A stretch of 64,000 nucleotides of DNA. Source: Gemmatimonadota bacterium. GTDB taxonomy: Bacteria > Gemmatimonadota > Gemmatimonadetes > Longimicrobiales > Gaopeijiaceae. A program made the translations under genes and the position numbers. The stretch covers positions 3,008,001 to 3,072,000 of the forward strand of contig JAXHMG010000003.1 in NCBI GenBank assembly GCA_034521595.1, read 5' to 3'. Shown here one piece after another: positions 55,961-64,000 of this stretch. A model generated the notes under the pieces. It ran no database searches, was not told the DNA's origin, and was given only the letters and a program-made list of their open reading frames with translations. The first letter of the stretch is position 1. Each line of letters opens with the position of its first letter.

Positions 55961-56605
55961 TCAGCTCCGGGCCAGCACCCGCTCGAGGAACTCCACGAAG
56001 CGCCGGGCGACCCACGAGGGCGTGAGCTCCTCGACGGGTGTTTGCCCCAGCACGGTGAAGCGGTCGAGCGAGGCTCCGGTCGCCTCCAGAGCGATCACCT
56101 GGGCGCCGGGGCCGCCGGTCCCGTCGAGCGGGTCGGCCGGCCCGCGCTCGAACCCCAGACGGATCTCGAAGCCGGACCGCTCGCTCCCGGACGGCGCGAG
56201 CCCGGCGAGCGGGCCTCGGTCGGGCTGGAAGCGTACGATCAGCGCGGGCTGATCGTCGTCCAGCCGGTCGTCCAGCGAGACGTCGTGACCCCGTTCGGCC
56301 AAGCGGGCCGTCGCCGAGCGCAGCTCCGGAAGAGCAACCCGGTGGAGCGTGTCGAGCGCGGTCTCTTTATGTCGGGTCGGTTCTCGAGCGTCCTCGGCCG
56401 GCGTGCTGACGGGTGTCGGAGCCGGTCCTTCGCTCCCCCGAGTGCGGCCTGCGGGTGGGAACGAAGCATTCGGTGCCGGTCGCGGCGGCACCGACCAGCG
56501 ACGTCCCGACCCTGGTTCCCGTCCGGAGCGCGATGTGTCGGGCTCCGGATTGTCCGCGGTCAGCGGATCGAACGGGTCGAAGGCGTCGGGCGGGTTGCCG
56601 GGCAT
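55961..56605 (-). CDS. Hypothetical protein (paralog of 56611..57084, with Pro-rich N-terminus)
   Basis: Visible similarity to the neighbouring ORF. Confidence 0.6.
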   Translation of the reverse strand: MPGNPPDAFDPFDPLTADNPEPDTSRSGREPGSGRRWSVPPRPAPNASFPPAGRTRGSEGPAPTPVSTPAEDAREPTRHKETALDTLHRVALPELRSATARLAERGHDVSLDDRLDDDQPALIVRFQPDRGPLAGLAPSGSERSGFEIRLGFERGPADPLDGTGGPGAQVIALEATGASLDRFTVLGQTPVEELTPSWVARRFVEFLERVLARS

Positions 56606-56610
56606 GGTCG

Positions 56611-57084
56611 TCAGGACAGGTCGAGAACTTCACGGACGAAGGTCAGGAGCTGCTCACGCACCCAGATCTCGTCGAACTCCTCGGCGCTCACCACCGCTTG
56701 GTCGCGCGTCGACGACAAGCCCTCTTCGCTCCAGCGCTTCGCGATCACCTCGTCCGAGCCTTCCTCGCCCCACGTCAGCTCGAGCGTCGTGCGGCCCGGC
56801 TTCTCGTCGTCGAGCGGGCTGGCCTTCGGGTAGAGGTGGATGCGCACGTTCGGCGGATAGGCGTCCAGGAGCTCCTGGTACACGACCCCGTGCCCCGCCT
56901 GCTGCAGCCGCTCGGCCACGTCGCGCGTGTGCTGGAGCGCACAGGCACGCAGATAATCCGCGCCGCGCTTGCGGTCCTCTTCGAGCACCAGCGCCTTCTG
57001 GACCAGGCGTCGGGTTTCGTCCTGTTTACGCTGCTCGTATTCGCTGAGCAGGGTTTCGAGCTGATCGCCGGGGGCGTCGAGCAT
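56611..57084 (-). CDS. Hypothetical protein
   Basis: Host-like codons; N-terminal coiled-coil-like segment. Confidence 0.7.
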   Translation of the reverse strand: MLDAPGDQLETLLSEYEQRKQDETRRLVQKALVLEEDRKRGADYLRACALQHTRDVAERLQQAGHGVVYQELLDAYPPNVRIHLYPKASPLDDEKPGRTTLELTWGEEGSDEVIAKRWSEEGLSSTRDQAVVSAEEFDEIWVREQLLTFVREVLDLS

Positions 57085-57382
57085 GGGTTGCGTCGCGGGT
57101 GGGGTGGATAAAACGGTGCAAAATGCCCTACCTACCTACAAAATGCCTGGCCGTATGTGCGCACACTACCGTTTCGGGGCGCGTGTCCAGGCGGTTGAGC
57201 ACCTCGCTCAAAAGCAAGGGTCGTGCCCGGGGCGAGCCGTGACGGCGCGGGGTGCGCACGATCCCGGCGCCCCGGGCCCGTGCGTGCCTCCGGAGCCTCG
57301 CGGGTCGGTGGCGCCCGGTGTGGCACACGTGCCTCGGTGTGTCGGACCGGAGTCTCGGCCGGCACCAACCCCGTTACGGGAC

Positions 57383-59839
57383 TCATGGCGCAACCGTGAT
57401 CGTCCGGCTCGAGAGGTCGGCGATTTGTCCGAACCCTTCCACCGTCACCGTGATCGTCGCCTCGCCCTCGCCCTCGATCGAGAGCTCGACGCCACCGCCG
57501 TCGACGGTTTCCGGCGAGGCGTGCTCTCCCACGGGGATCGACACCACGACCGAGCCCGTACCGTCCGGAAATTCGTTCGTCACGAGGCTGAGCACCTGTG
57601 GGTCGCTGCTCTCGATGTAGGCGCTCACACCCGCCCCCTGTTCCGCGAGGGGGTTCACGGCCCTGGGCACGAAGAAGCCCGAGCCGCTGTCGTAGCCGGC
57701 CTCCACCCGGAACGGTTGGTTCGGGTCCGTCGGCCCGTAGCGGTCGTCCAGGTCGGTGAGCACCGCGACCGGCTCGACCACGCTCACGTCCAAGGTGTCG
57801 GCGACGAACCTCGGCTCCGAGGCGATGACGCTGAGCTGTCCGGCCTGCGCGAACGGGTCGCCCTGGATCCAGAACGGGACGTCGAGCACGCTGTCCGGCA
57901 CGGCGAGGTCGAGGGAGCTCGTGCCGGGGGTGAGCGAGTCCGGTGCGAAGAGCACCCGTTCGGGATCAGTGCTCGTGATGGTCATGGTCGAGCCTCCGTG
58001 CGCCCACGAGTCCCCGAGATAGAGGACCGCCGGAGCCTGCAGCGAAGCCGGGAGCGCTCCCGAGTAGAAGATGACGAGCTCGGGTGCGCCGACCTCGACG
58101 AGCTGGCTCGCGTTCATCTGCCCGAACCCGGGAATCGAGACGCTCGCCTCTGCCGAGCCGATGTCCACCGGGTCGAGCGCGAACCCACCCTCGTCCAGGG
58201 AGAACCCGGTGTAGGCGCTCGTCGGTGAGATCTCGGCCGTCACGGACGCCCCGGCGCCTCCGACCGTGGTCGGGAGCAACACGCTCGGATTGTCGCTGCT
58301 CAGGGTGACCTCGAGCGGCTCCGCACCGGCACGCACGGCCTGAGTGACGGGCCCGTCCGGAGTGTTCGCGCCCACACCCGCGTACACGATGTTGAGTCCG
58401 GTCAGCGTGTCGGGAGCCGGATGAACGCCGTAGAGGCTCACCACCGTCTCGACCACCGCGACATGAACCGTATCGGGCGTGAACCCTTCGGCCGAGGCCA
58501 CCACGGGGACGGTGTCCCGGACGCCTTCGAGGCCGTGCGGGTGGAAGAAGAAGAGCGGAAAGCCGTCCGGTACGTCGTACGTCGTCGTCGCGGTTCCTTC
58601 CACTTCGACATCGGGCGGCGAGACGAGCAGGGCGTCCGGATCGAGGCTCTCGATGGTGACGGTGGTGCCTCCGTGGGTCGTATCGCTGAGCTCACCGGAG
58701 TAGAACGCCTGCAGCCCCGCGCCCACCGGCAGCTCCGACGTGATCAGGATGTCACCATCGCCCGTGAACGGCTCCACGACGTCGACCTCTGCGAACGCGA
58801 CGTTGTTCTCCACCTCCGGGTCCTCGAACTCCACCGGGAGCACGAGCCTCGCCTCGTTCTGCAACGTCGTGCCGGCCGTGCCGTCGTCGACCGTGACCGT
58901 CAGGGAGAGCGTGTCCAACGCTCCGGCGGGAAGGAGCTCGAACGACCAGAGGGGCGTGGCGGCGTCCGGGTCGAAGACGCCCGCCGTGGCCTCGAACGAC
59001 TCGAGGGAGACACCGTCGGGAAGGTGCTCCTCCACGACCAGACCCTCGACGTCGGTTCCACCGCCGTTGAAGACCAGCACGGTGAAGTCGACGGTGTCTC
59101 CTTCCTCGACCTGGGTCGCCGAGACCGTCTTGAACACGGCGGGATCACCCGGCGCCGGAAGGACCTCCAGGGTCGTCGTATCGCTGTGCGCGCCCGCCGC
59201 CGCCACGATCTCCGTGATCCCCGGCGCGACCGCGGTCACCACGGAGTCGCTCACCACCGCGACCTCCTCCTCGAGCGAGACCCAGAAGACCTCGGGCGCG
59301 TCTTCGTCGGTCGAGCTCACTTCCGCGGTGAGGGCCGCCGACGTGCCCTCGAGAAGCTGCCCCGGCACCTCGCCGATCGTGACGCCGGTCACGTGGAGGT
59401 TGGCGAGCGGCCCGCGCACGATGTCCACGTCGGCCGGCTCCACCGAGGCGCCGGACTCGAGCGTCATCGGGTCGGTGATCCCGGAGAACTCGACGACCTC
59501 CGTGCCTCCCGAGGCGTGGATCAGGCTCAGCTCGACGACCACCTCCGCCGACGAGCTCGCGAGCGGCACGTCGATGTCGATCTCCCAGGACTCTGCCTCC
59601 GGATCCACGTCGAAGCGCGCTTCCGTGAGGACCGTGCCGTCGCCCTCGGCCCCGGTCGCCTCGCGCACGACGGCGCGGATGCGGTTGATGGGTAGGGCGG
59701 TCTCGTCGGCCGCGCCGGGAATGATGGCGGGCTGGATCGGGAGCCGGAGGCTCGTGTCCGAGGACGGTCCGGTCGCGGGCTCGCCGACGCAGGTAGCGAG
59801 GGCGAGCGCCAAGGCGGTGGTGAGGAATCGACGCCGCAT
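57383..59839 (-). CDS. Acidic surface lipoprotein with Ig-like and DUF11 domains
   Basis: Lipobox-like LATC; VTAVAPG.TEI.A (Ig-like); KTVS...EGDTVDFTV.VFN.G...HLPDG (DUF11-like); repeated TI.S.DP..L motifs. Confidence 0.8.
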   Translation of the reverse strand: MRRRFLTTALALALATCVGEPATGPSSDTSLRLPIQPAIIPGAADETALPINRIRAVVREATGAEGDGTVLTEARFDVDPEAESWEIDIDVPLASSSAEVVVELSLIHASGGTEVVEFSGITDPMTLESGASVEPADVDIVRGPLANLHVTGVTIGEVPGQLLEGTSAALTAEVSSTDEDAPEVFWVSLEEEVAVVSDSVVTAVAPGITEIVAAAGAHSDTTTLEVLPAPGDPAVFKTVSATQVEEGDTVDFTVLVFNGGGTDVEGLVVEEHLPDGVSLESFEATAGVFDPDAATPLWSFELLPAGALDTLSLTVTVDDGTAGTTLQNEARLVLPVEFEDPEVENNVAFAEVDVVEPFTGDGDILITSELPVGAGLQAFYSGELSDTTHGGTTVTIESLDPDALLVSPPDVEVEGTATTTYDVPDGFPLFFFHPHGLEGVRDTVPVVASAEGFTPDTVHVAVVETVVSLYGVHPAPDTLTGLNIVYAGVGANTPDGPVTQAVRAGAEPLEVTLSSDNPSVLLPTTVGGAGASVTAEISPTSAYTGFSLDEGGFALDPVDIGSAEASVSIPGFGQMNASQLVEVGAPELVIFYSGALPASLQAPAVLYLGDSWAHGGSTMTITSTDPERVLFAPDSLTPGTSSLDLAVPDSVLDVPFWIQGDPFAQAGQLSVIASEPRFVADTLDVSVVEPVAVLTDLDDRYGPTDPNQPFRVEAGYDSGSGFFVPRAVNPLAEQGAGVSAYIESSDPQVLSLVTNEFPDGTGSVVVSIPVGEHASPETVDGGGVELSIEGEGEATITVTVEGFGQIADLSSRTITVAP

Positions 59840-59842
59840 GGG

Positions 59843-60390
59843 TCAGCTCCGTCCGATGATGCCCACGCCTTCCGAGCCCTTCGACTCGCCGGCCATGGCT
59901 CTGGCGATCTGTCCGGCCCATACGAGTGCCGCGCGGGCCATCAGGAAGAACGCGAGGGGATATACCACGCTCTGGAACGAGGTCTTGATGACGGCCTTGA
60001 TCAGGCCCGGACGCGCCGGGCTCTCGGACACCGCGGCCAGCGCGACCGGCACGTTGGTCCAGTAGAGGATGGCGGCGGCGATCATCGCCGTGCCGAGCAG
60101 GACCGCCAGCACCACGCCCAGCGACACGCAAAGGCCAGGCTCCGGTCCCACTGGGCCAGCCAGAGCTGGATCAATCGCGAGGCCGAACGAGCACGCTCGA
60201 GGAACCCGTTGAAGCTGGCCGTGACCGTGCCGAAGACCCATTCCCGGTTCCCGAAATCGGTCGGAATCCAGGTCAGCACGTTGTCGGCGCCGGCAACCGC
60301 GAGTGAACAGCAGTCCCATGCCACCGATGAGCGACCAGAGCCGCCCGGGTGCGACCGGCGGATGCGGCGAAGGAGTGGACGATCGGACAT
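59843..60390 (-). pseudogene. Membrane protein broken by several frameshifts
   Basis: Hydrophobic segments switch between ORFs 60082..60441 and 59843..60319. Confidence 0.5.
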
Positions 60391-60474
60391 GACGCGACGC
60401 CGGAGCATGGAGTGGACAGTGCGAGTGGAGCGTCCGGACAAGCTAGGCGCACACCGACGCGACTGCGACAGACG

Positions 60475-60510
60475 AAAAAAGCGGGCCGGACCCTCGAGGG
60501 TCCGGCCCGC
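60475..60510 (-). terminator. Rho-independent terminator after the PEP-CTERM gene
   Basis: GCGGGCCGGACCC-TCGA-GGGTCCGGCCCGC followed by T6 on the minus strand. Confidence 0.9.
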
Positions 60511-60539
60511 TCATGCGGTGCACCGACGTCCGGTAGGCG

Positions 60540-61343
60540 TCAAGCCATCGGGTTCAACCCCGACTCGTGGCGGCGTCGGAGATGGACCAACCCGAGGCCC
60601 CCGAGACCCATGGCGAACAGCAGCCATGTGGTGGGCTCGGGAACCCTGACCGGCTCGCAGTTGAGCTTTCCACCGCCCGTGATGCACTGGAGGGAATCGT
60701 CGTCACCCTCGACCGCTCTGGCCGAAGACGAGCAGCTCGCAGGTGGCGACGATCCCACGTCGCCGGTCGATGTCGAACGTCGATGGTGATCCCGAGTCCG
60801 GCGTTCGCGTTCGGCGTCGTTGCGCGAAGCTGTCGTACCGCAGGGATTCAGCCACACGTCGTTGCCGCCGGCCGGAAGCAGGTCGAGGTCGCATCCGCCC
60901 GCGATCCCGTTGTCGACACCGTTCCCGTTGTGCGCGGCGAGGTCGAGCACGACGCCGCCTGCGTTGTTCGGGTTCCCGAGCTGCCACGGCGTCGCCGAGC
61001 CCTCGGTGGGTCCGCTCATCTCGAGGGAGCCGCCGATCGCATTCGCCGCGATGCCGCCACCCCGCCGGTAGTTCTGGTGAAAGAAGCCGACCTTCGTGAA
61101 GACCGTACCTTCGTAGGAGTCGTTCATCCCCGAGAGGTTCCAGACCTTCATGGTCACGGCCGACTGGTCGTCGACGCGTCGGCCGTGCCGACCGTCAGCG
61201 AACACCGAGGCGCAGGTGTCGAACGAGGTGCTGTTGCCGCCGCAGACGAGCCAATCCTTCGCCTGCTGGGCTTCGGACGCGGTCGGGGCGGCGAACAACG
61301 CCAGCGCCGCGAGCGCGCCCCAGGTCCAGATGAGCTTCTTCAT
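60540..61343 (-). CDS. PEP-CTERM sorting-domain protein (probable local compensating frameshifts ~60700-60830)
   Basis: Signal peptide; C-terminal VPEPTTWLLFAMGLGGLGLVHLRRR. Confidence 0.85.
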   Translation of the reverse strand: MKKLIWTWGALAALALFAAPTASEAQQAKDWLVCGGNSTSFDTCASVFADGRHGRRVDDQSAVTMKVWNLSGMNDSYEGTVFTKVGFFHQNYRRGGGIAANAIGGSLEMSGPTEGSATPWQLGNPNNAGGVVLDLAAHNGNGVDNGIAGGCDLDLLPAGGNDVWLNPCGTTASRNDAERERRTRDHHRRSTSTGDVGSSPPASCSSSARAVEGDDDSLQCITGGGKLNCEPVRVPEPTTWLLFAMGLGGLGLVHLRRRHESGLNPMA

Positions 61344-61399
61344 GTTGCGTCCCGTTGTGAGAGCCGAGCCAGCCGTGGTGCACCGGACCCGGACACAAT

Positions 61400-61415
61400 T
61401 GCAACCTCCGTGCCC
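61400..61415 (-). promoter_or_regulatory. sigma54 (-24/-12) promoter of the PEP-CTERM gene
   Basis: Minus strand GGGCACGGAGGTTGCA versus consensus TGGCACG-N4-TTGC(A/T), about 57 bp upstream of the ATG. Confidence 0.7.
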
Positions 61416-61534
61416 GCGCTGGATCCCCTGAAAACGGCGGATTTCCGGGGTCCGACGGATGCGAGCGGCCGGCGTGTTGTGGGTCGTGCGCCACAGGTTG
61501 TTGCGGTGTATCCACCACGCGGACGGCGCCGGCG

Positions 61535-62575
61535 TCAGGGCTCGAGGCCGAACTCCGAGGCGGAGCGGACCAGGAGCCGCCAGCGCACGTTCCCGCTCCC
61601 GTCGTCGTACGGCGCGAGGAGGCCGACGGCCTGTGAGACGACGTCTTCCTCGTCCGGCTGGACGGGAAAGCCGAGGAACGCTCGCAGCACGACCTCGACC
61701 GGTCCGCTGCCGTCGTCGGCGGTGAAGTGGAAGTCTCCGGTCGCCTCGACGGTCATCGTGTCCGACACCTCCGCGGAGCGGATGCGCACGAGCGCGGCGT
61801 CGAGCGGGCCGCCGCCAGCGGTCGCGGCGTCTCCGGTCGAGATCTCTCGGGGGACCGGGACGCGGGCCTGCGGGATGAGGATGATGGGCGTGACGTCGTC
61901 GAGGGCGGGCCGTCCGTCCCGCCTCGCGGTGCGGCCGAGGAAGCGCACCGAGTCGCCCACGGCGACCGCCGGGGTGCGGCCCACGTCCGTCGCCTGCAGG
62001 TAGGCCTCCTCGCCCTCCAGGAAGACCCGCCCGTCGCTGAACGACTGGCGCGGGTTGAGCGCGATGCCGCTGGTGAACACCCGCCGGCCGGGCTCGGCCT
62101 CGCGGACCTCCTCGATCGGGAGCTCCGGATAGGTCGCGCCGAGGACGACCTCGTTGGCGGTGTCCATCGTGACCTGGAAGGGCTCCGCCTCATCGACGGC
62201 GAGCAGCGAGTCGCCGAGCACGTCCTCGGCGAGGGTCACCGTGTAGGTGCCGACCGGGACTTCCTCGAACACGAAGAGGCCTTCGGCGTCGGTCTCGGTC
62301 TCGATGACGCTCGTCCCTCCGGCGGCGGCGGTGAGCACCACGGAGGCGTCCGCGACGGGGTCGTCGGGCCCGTCCGCGGTCTCGTTTCCGTTCAGGTCGA
62401 GGTAGGCCTGCCCGGCCACGGCGCCGCTCGCGGAGATCTCGAGACGCTCGACGTCGGTCGCGTCCGTGCAGGCGCCGAGCGCCACGGCCAGGATGGCGCA
62501 CGTCCAGAAGCCGCCCCCCGCTCGTCCGAGCGCGCTCCGCCACCGCTCCATCGCGTCCATCGCGCGCGCCCTCAT
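61535..62575 (-). CDS. Lipoprotein with SdrD-B/carboxypeptidase-regulatory-like domain and OB-fold-like repeats
   Basis: Lipobox LGAC; GQAYLDLNGN, TDAEGLFVFEEVPVGTYTV; ATGA overlap with the receptor gene. Confidence 0.75.
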   Translation of the reverse strand: MRARAMDAMERWRSALGRAGGGFWTCAILAVALGACTDATDVERLEISASGAVAGQAYLDLNGNETADGPDDPVADASVVLTAAAGGTSVIETETDAEGLFVFEEVPVGTYTVTLAEDVLGDSLLAVDEAEPFQVTMDTANEVVLGATYPELPIEEVREAEPGRRVFTSGIALNPRQSFSDGRVFLEGEEAYLQATDVGRTPAVAVGDSVRFLGRTARRDGRPALDDVTPIILIPQARVPVPREISTGDAATAGGGPLDAALVRIRSAEVSDTMTVEATGDFHFTADDGSGPVEVVLRAFLGFPVQPDEEDVVSQAVGLLAPYDDGSGNVRWRLLVRSASEFGLEP

Positions 62576-63999
62576 CCGCCGATCCTCAGACCGACGCGGA
62601 GCATGCGGCCGCGGCTCGTCGGCACGACGACCCGTCCGAAGTCCGGGTTGAGCTCGAGGGGGATCGTCACCCGCTCGCCCCCGCCCGAGACCGTGAGGTC
62701 GGCGTCGGGGTCGACCCGCAGGAGCGCTTCGTCGATGATGCCCTGCTCGGATTCGATCAGGTTGAGTCCCTCCACGAAGAGTCCGGCGTTCTGTCCGCCG
62801 AGGCTGCCCAGACCGAGCCGGATGCGCACCGACAGGTCGTGGCTCGCCGGGCCGCGGCACGAGTTCCGCACGGCGAACCCGCCGGATTGGTTGCGCAGGC
62901 ACTTCCAGTCCGCATGGAGCGTGCCGAGCTCGTCGGGCTGCGGTACGAACGGGACGTCGTTCTCGAACGAGCCGTCCCCGTTGGCGTCCGTGCCCCGCCG
63001 GTACCGGGGGGTGAACGGGCGGCCGGAGGCGTAGCGGTAGGTCGCGGCGACGGTGGTTCCGGGCCACGAGGGCACCCGCAGGACCGCCGACGCGGTCACG
63101 CGGTCGGGGACGTCGTAGTCCGACCGGGCTTCCGCCCAGTCGCCGACGTGGTCGGGGAGCAGCGGGTCGAGCTCGGCGTCGGCCGAGGCGCGCGCGGCCC
63201 CGATCCAGTTGTCGATCGTCTCGGAGCGCGTGAACGCGCCGTAGAGGTCGAGTCGGTCGCTCCGGTATTCGAGGCCCGCCGTCACGGCCCGGTGCTCCGA
63301 CCAACCGTCGGGGTCGAGCGCCCACACGCTCCCGAACTCCGGGAAGCGGCGGGCGTCGTCGCCGGTCGCGGTCACGAGCGCGCCGTTTTTGGCGAGCGTG
63401 CCGTAGACGTCCTGCGCCGCCTGATTCCTCGCGGTCGGTGCGGTGGGGAGGTTGAGGTCGCGCCGGCGCATCAGGAAGTCGGTGCGGCGGAAGTTGCCCT
63501 CGACGTGCACGGAGAGACCGCCCGCGATCTCGCGGACCACGCCGGCGCTCGCGCGGAGCGAGCGCGGGGGCCGGGCGTCGGGCCCGAGAAGCGCGAGGGT
63601 CGGGAGCTCGCTCGCCGTCCCGGGGATGGTTCCCTCCGGCCAGGCCAGCCCGGAGCCCATGTGGCGGGCGGTCTCCACGCCGCCGTCGAGCGCGAACGCC
63701 TCGAACAGGTTCCGGGGGTCGATGTCGCCGAAGTGGAGCGAGCCGACGCCGAACAGCCGCGTGCGTCCGTCGGCCGCGGGATCCCAGGAGATGGAGCCGC
63801 GTCCGCCGATCCTCGGAAAGCTGGAGGGATACTGGTCGTTCGCGAGGCCGGAGGTCTCGAGCCAGGCCTCGGCGAGCGCGGGCCCGTCGGCGGGGATCCG
63901 CTCGTATTCGCCCCGGGCGCCCACCGAGAGCTCCAGGCCGGGCGAAGGGGTCACGTCGTACTGCGCGAAGGCGCCGAACTCGCGCGTCGTGAACGACGC
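62572..63999 (-). CDS. TonB-dependent receptor (Oar-like), C-terminal part (runs off right edge)
   Basis: GAFAQYD...LSVGARGE, PRIGG...SWD, SDYDVPDR, YASGRPFTP...DANGDG, NPDFG. Confidence 0.8.
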   Translation of the reverse strand, partial: ASFTTREFGAFAQYDVTPSPGLELSVGARGEYERIPADGPALAEAWLETSGLANDQYPSSFPRIGGRGSISWDPAADGRTRLFGVGSLHFGDIDPRNLFEAFALDGGVETARHMGSGLAWPEGTIPGTASELPTLALLGPDARPPRSLRASAGVVREIAGGLSVHVEGNFRRTDFLMRRRDLNLPTAPTARNQAAQDVYGTLAKNGALVTATGDDARRFPEFGSVWALDPDGWSEHRAVTAGLEYRSDRLDLYGAFTRSETIDNWIGAARASADAELDPLLPDHVGDWAEARSDYDVPDRVTASAVLRVPSWPGTTVAATYRYASGRPFTPRYRRGTDANGDGSFENDVPFVPQPDELGTLHADWKCLRNQSGGFAVRNSCRGPASHDLSVRIRLGLGSLGGQNAGLFVEGLNLIESEQGIIDEALLRVDPDADLTVSGGGERVTIPLELNPDFGRVVVPTSRGRMLRVGLRIGG

Positions 64000-64000
64000 C

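Noticed and set aside
25-63325. Many long antisense or alternate-frame ORFs (e.g. 25..1314, 7850..9592, 12792..14975, 26417..28582, 48516..50627)
   Set aside because: Shadow ORFs of high-GC coding DNA, Arg/Pro/Ala-rich or mirror-frame, with no recognisable motifs.

Overview
High-GC (visually about 70%) bacterial chromosome segment. Gene content and style suggest Gemmatimonadota (inference). It is mostly housekeeping and envelope genes: the 3' end of ppsA, an SLC13/TrkA-C permease, a Mg-chelatase-like AAA ATPase, ETF:quinone oxidoreductase, GGT, Lon, YgfZ, YpdA, an ABC transporter, a MoxR-DUF58-transglutaminase-SCO-PCuAC operon, a complete alternative complex III operon (actABCDEF), proC, a minor type IV pilin cluster, TIGR03545/03546, a PEP-CTERM gene and a partial TonB-dependent receptor. 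Highlights the ORF track misses: (1) two genes split by in-frame UGA codons that read as selenoproteins, SelD (U-A-C-K) and an exported peroxiredoxin-like lipoprotein (U-P-Y-C), each followed by a SECIS-like hairpin; (2) a 3.8-kb lower-GC cassette bounded by a 44-bp exact direct repeat, encoding a small secreted 4-Cys peptide, a CxxC thioredoxin-fold protein, a beta-propeller lipoprotein, a free TonB-C domain and an AraC-type regulator, which is the best candidate for an undescribed system; (3) a ~277-bp structured MITE; (4) a luxE-luxC pair without luxAB/luxD; (5) an ActB that keeps a full N-terminal FS0 cysteine motif. Several single-base frameshifts suggest assembly errors or pseudogenes. 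No rRNA, tRNA, CRISPR array, integrase or transposase was seen. All family calls are from motif recognition by eye, not database searches.
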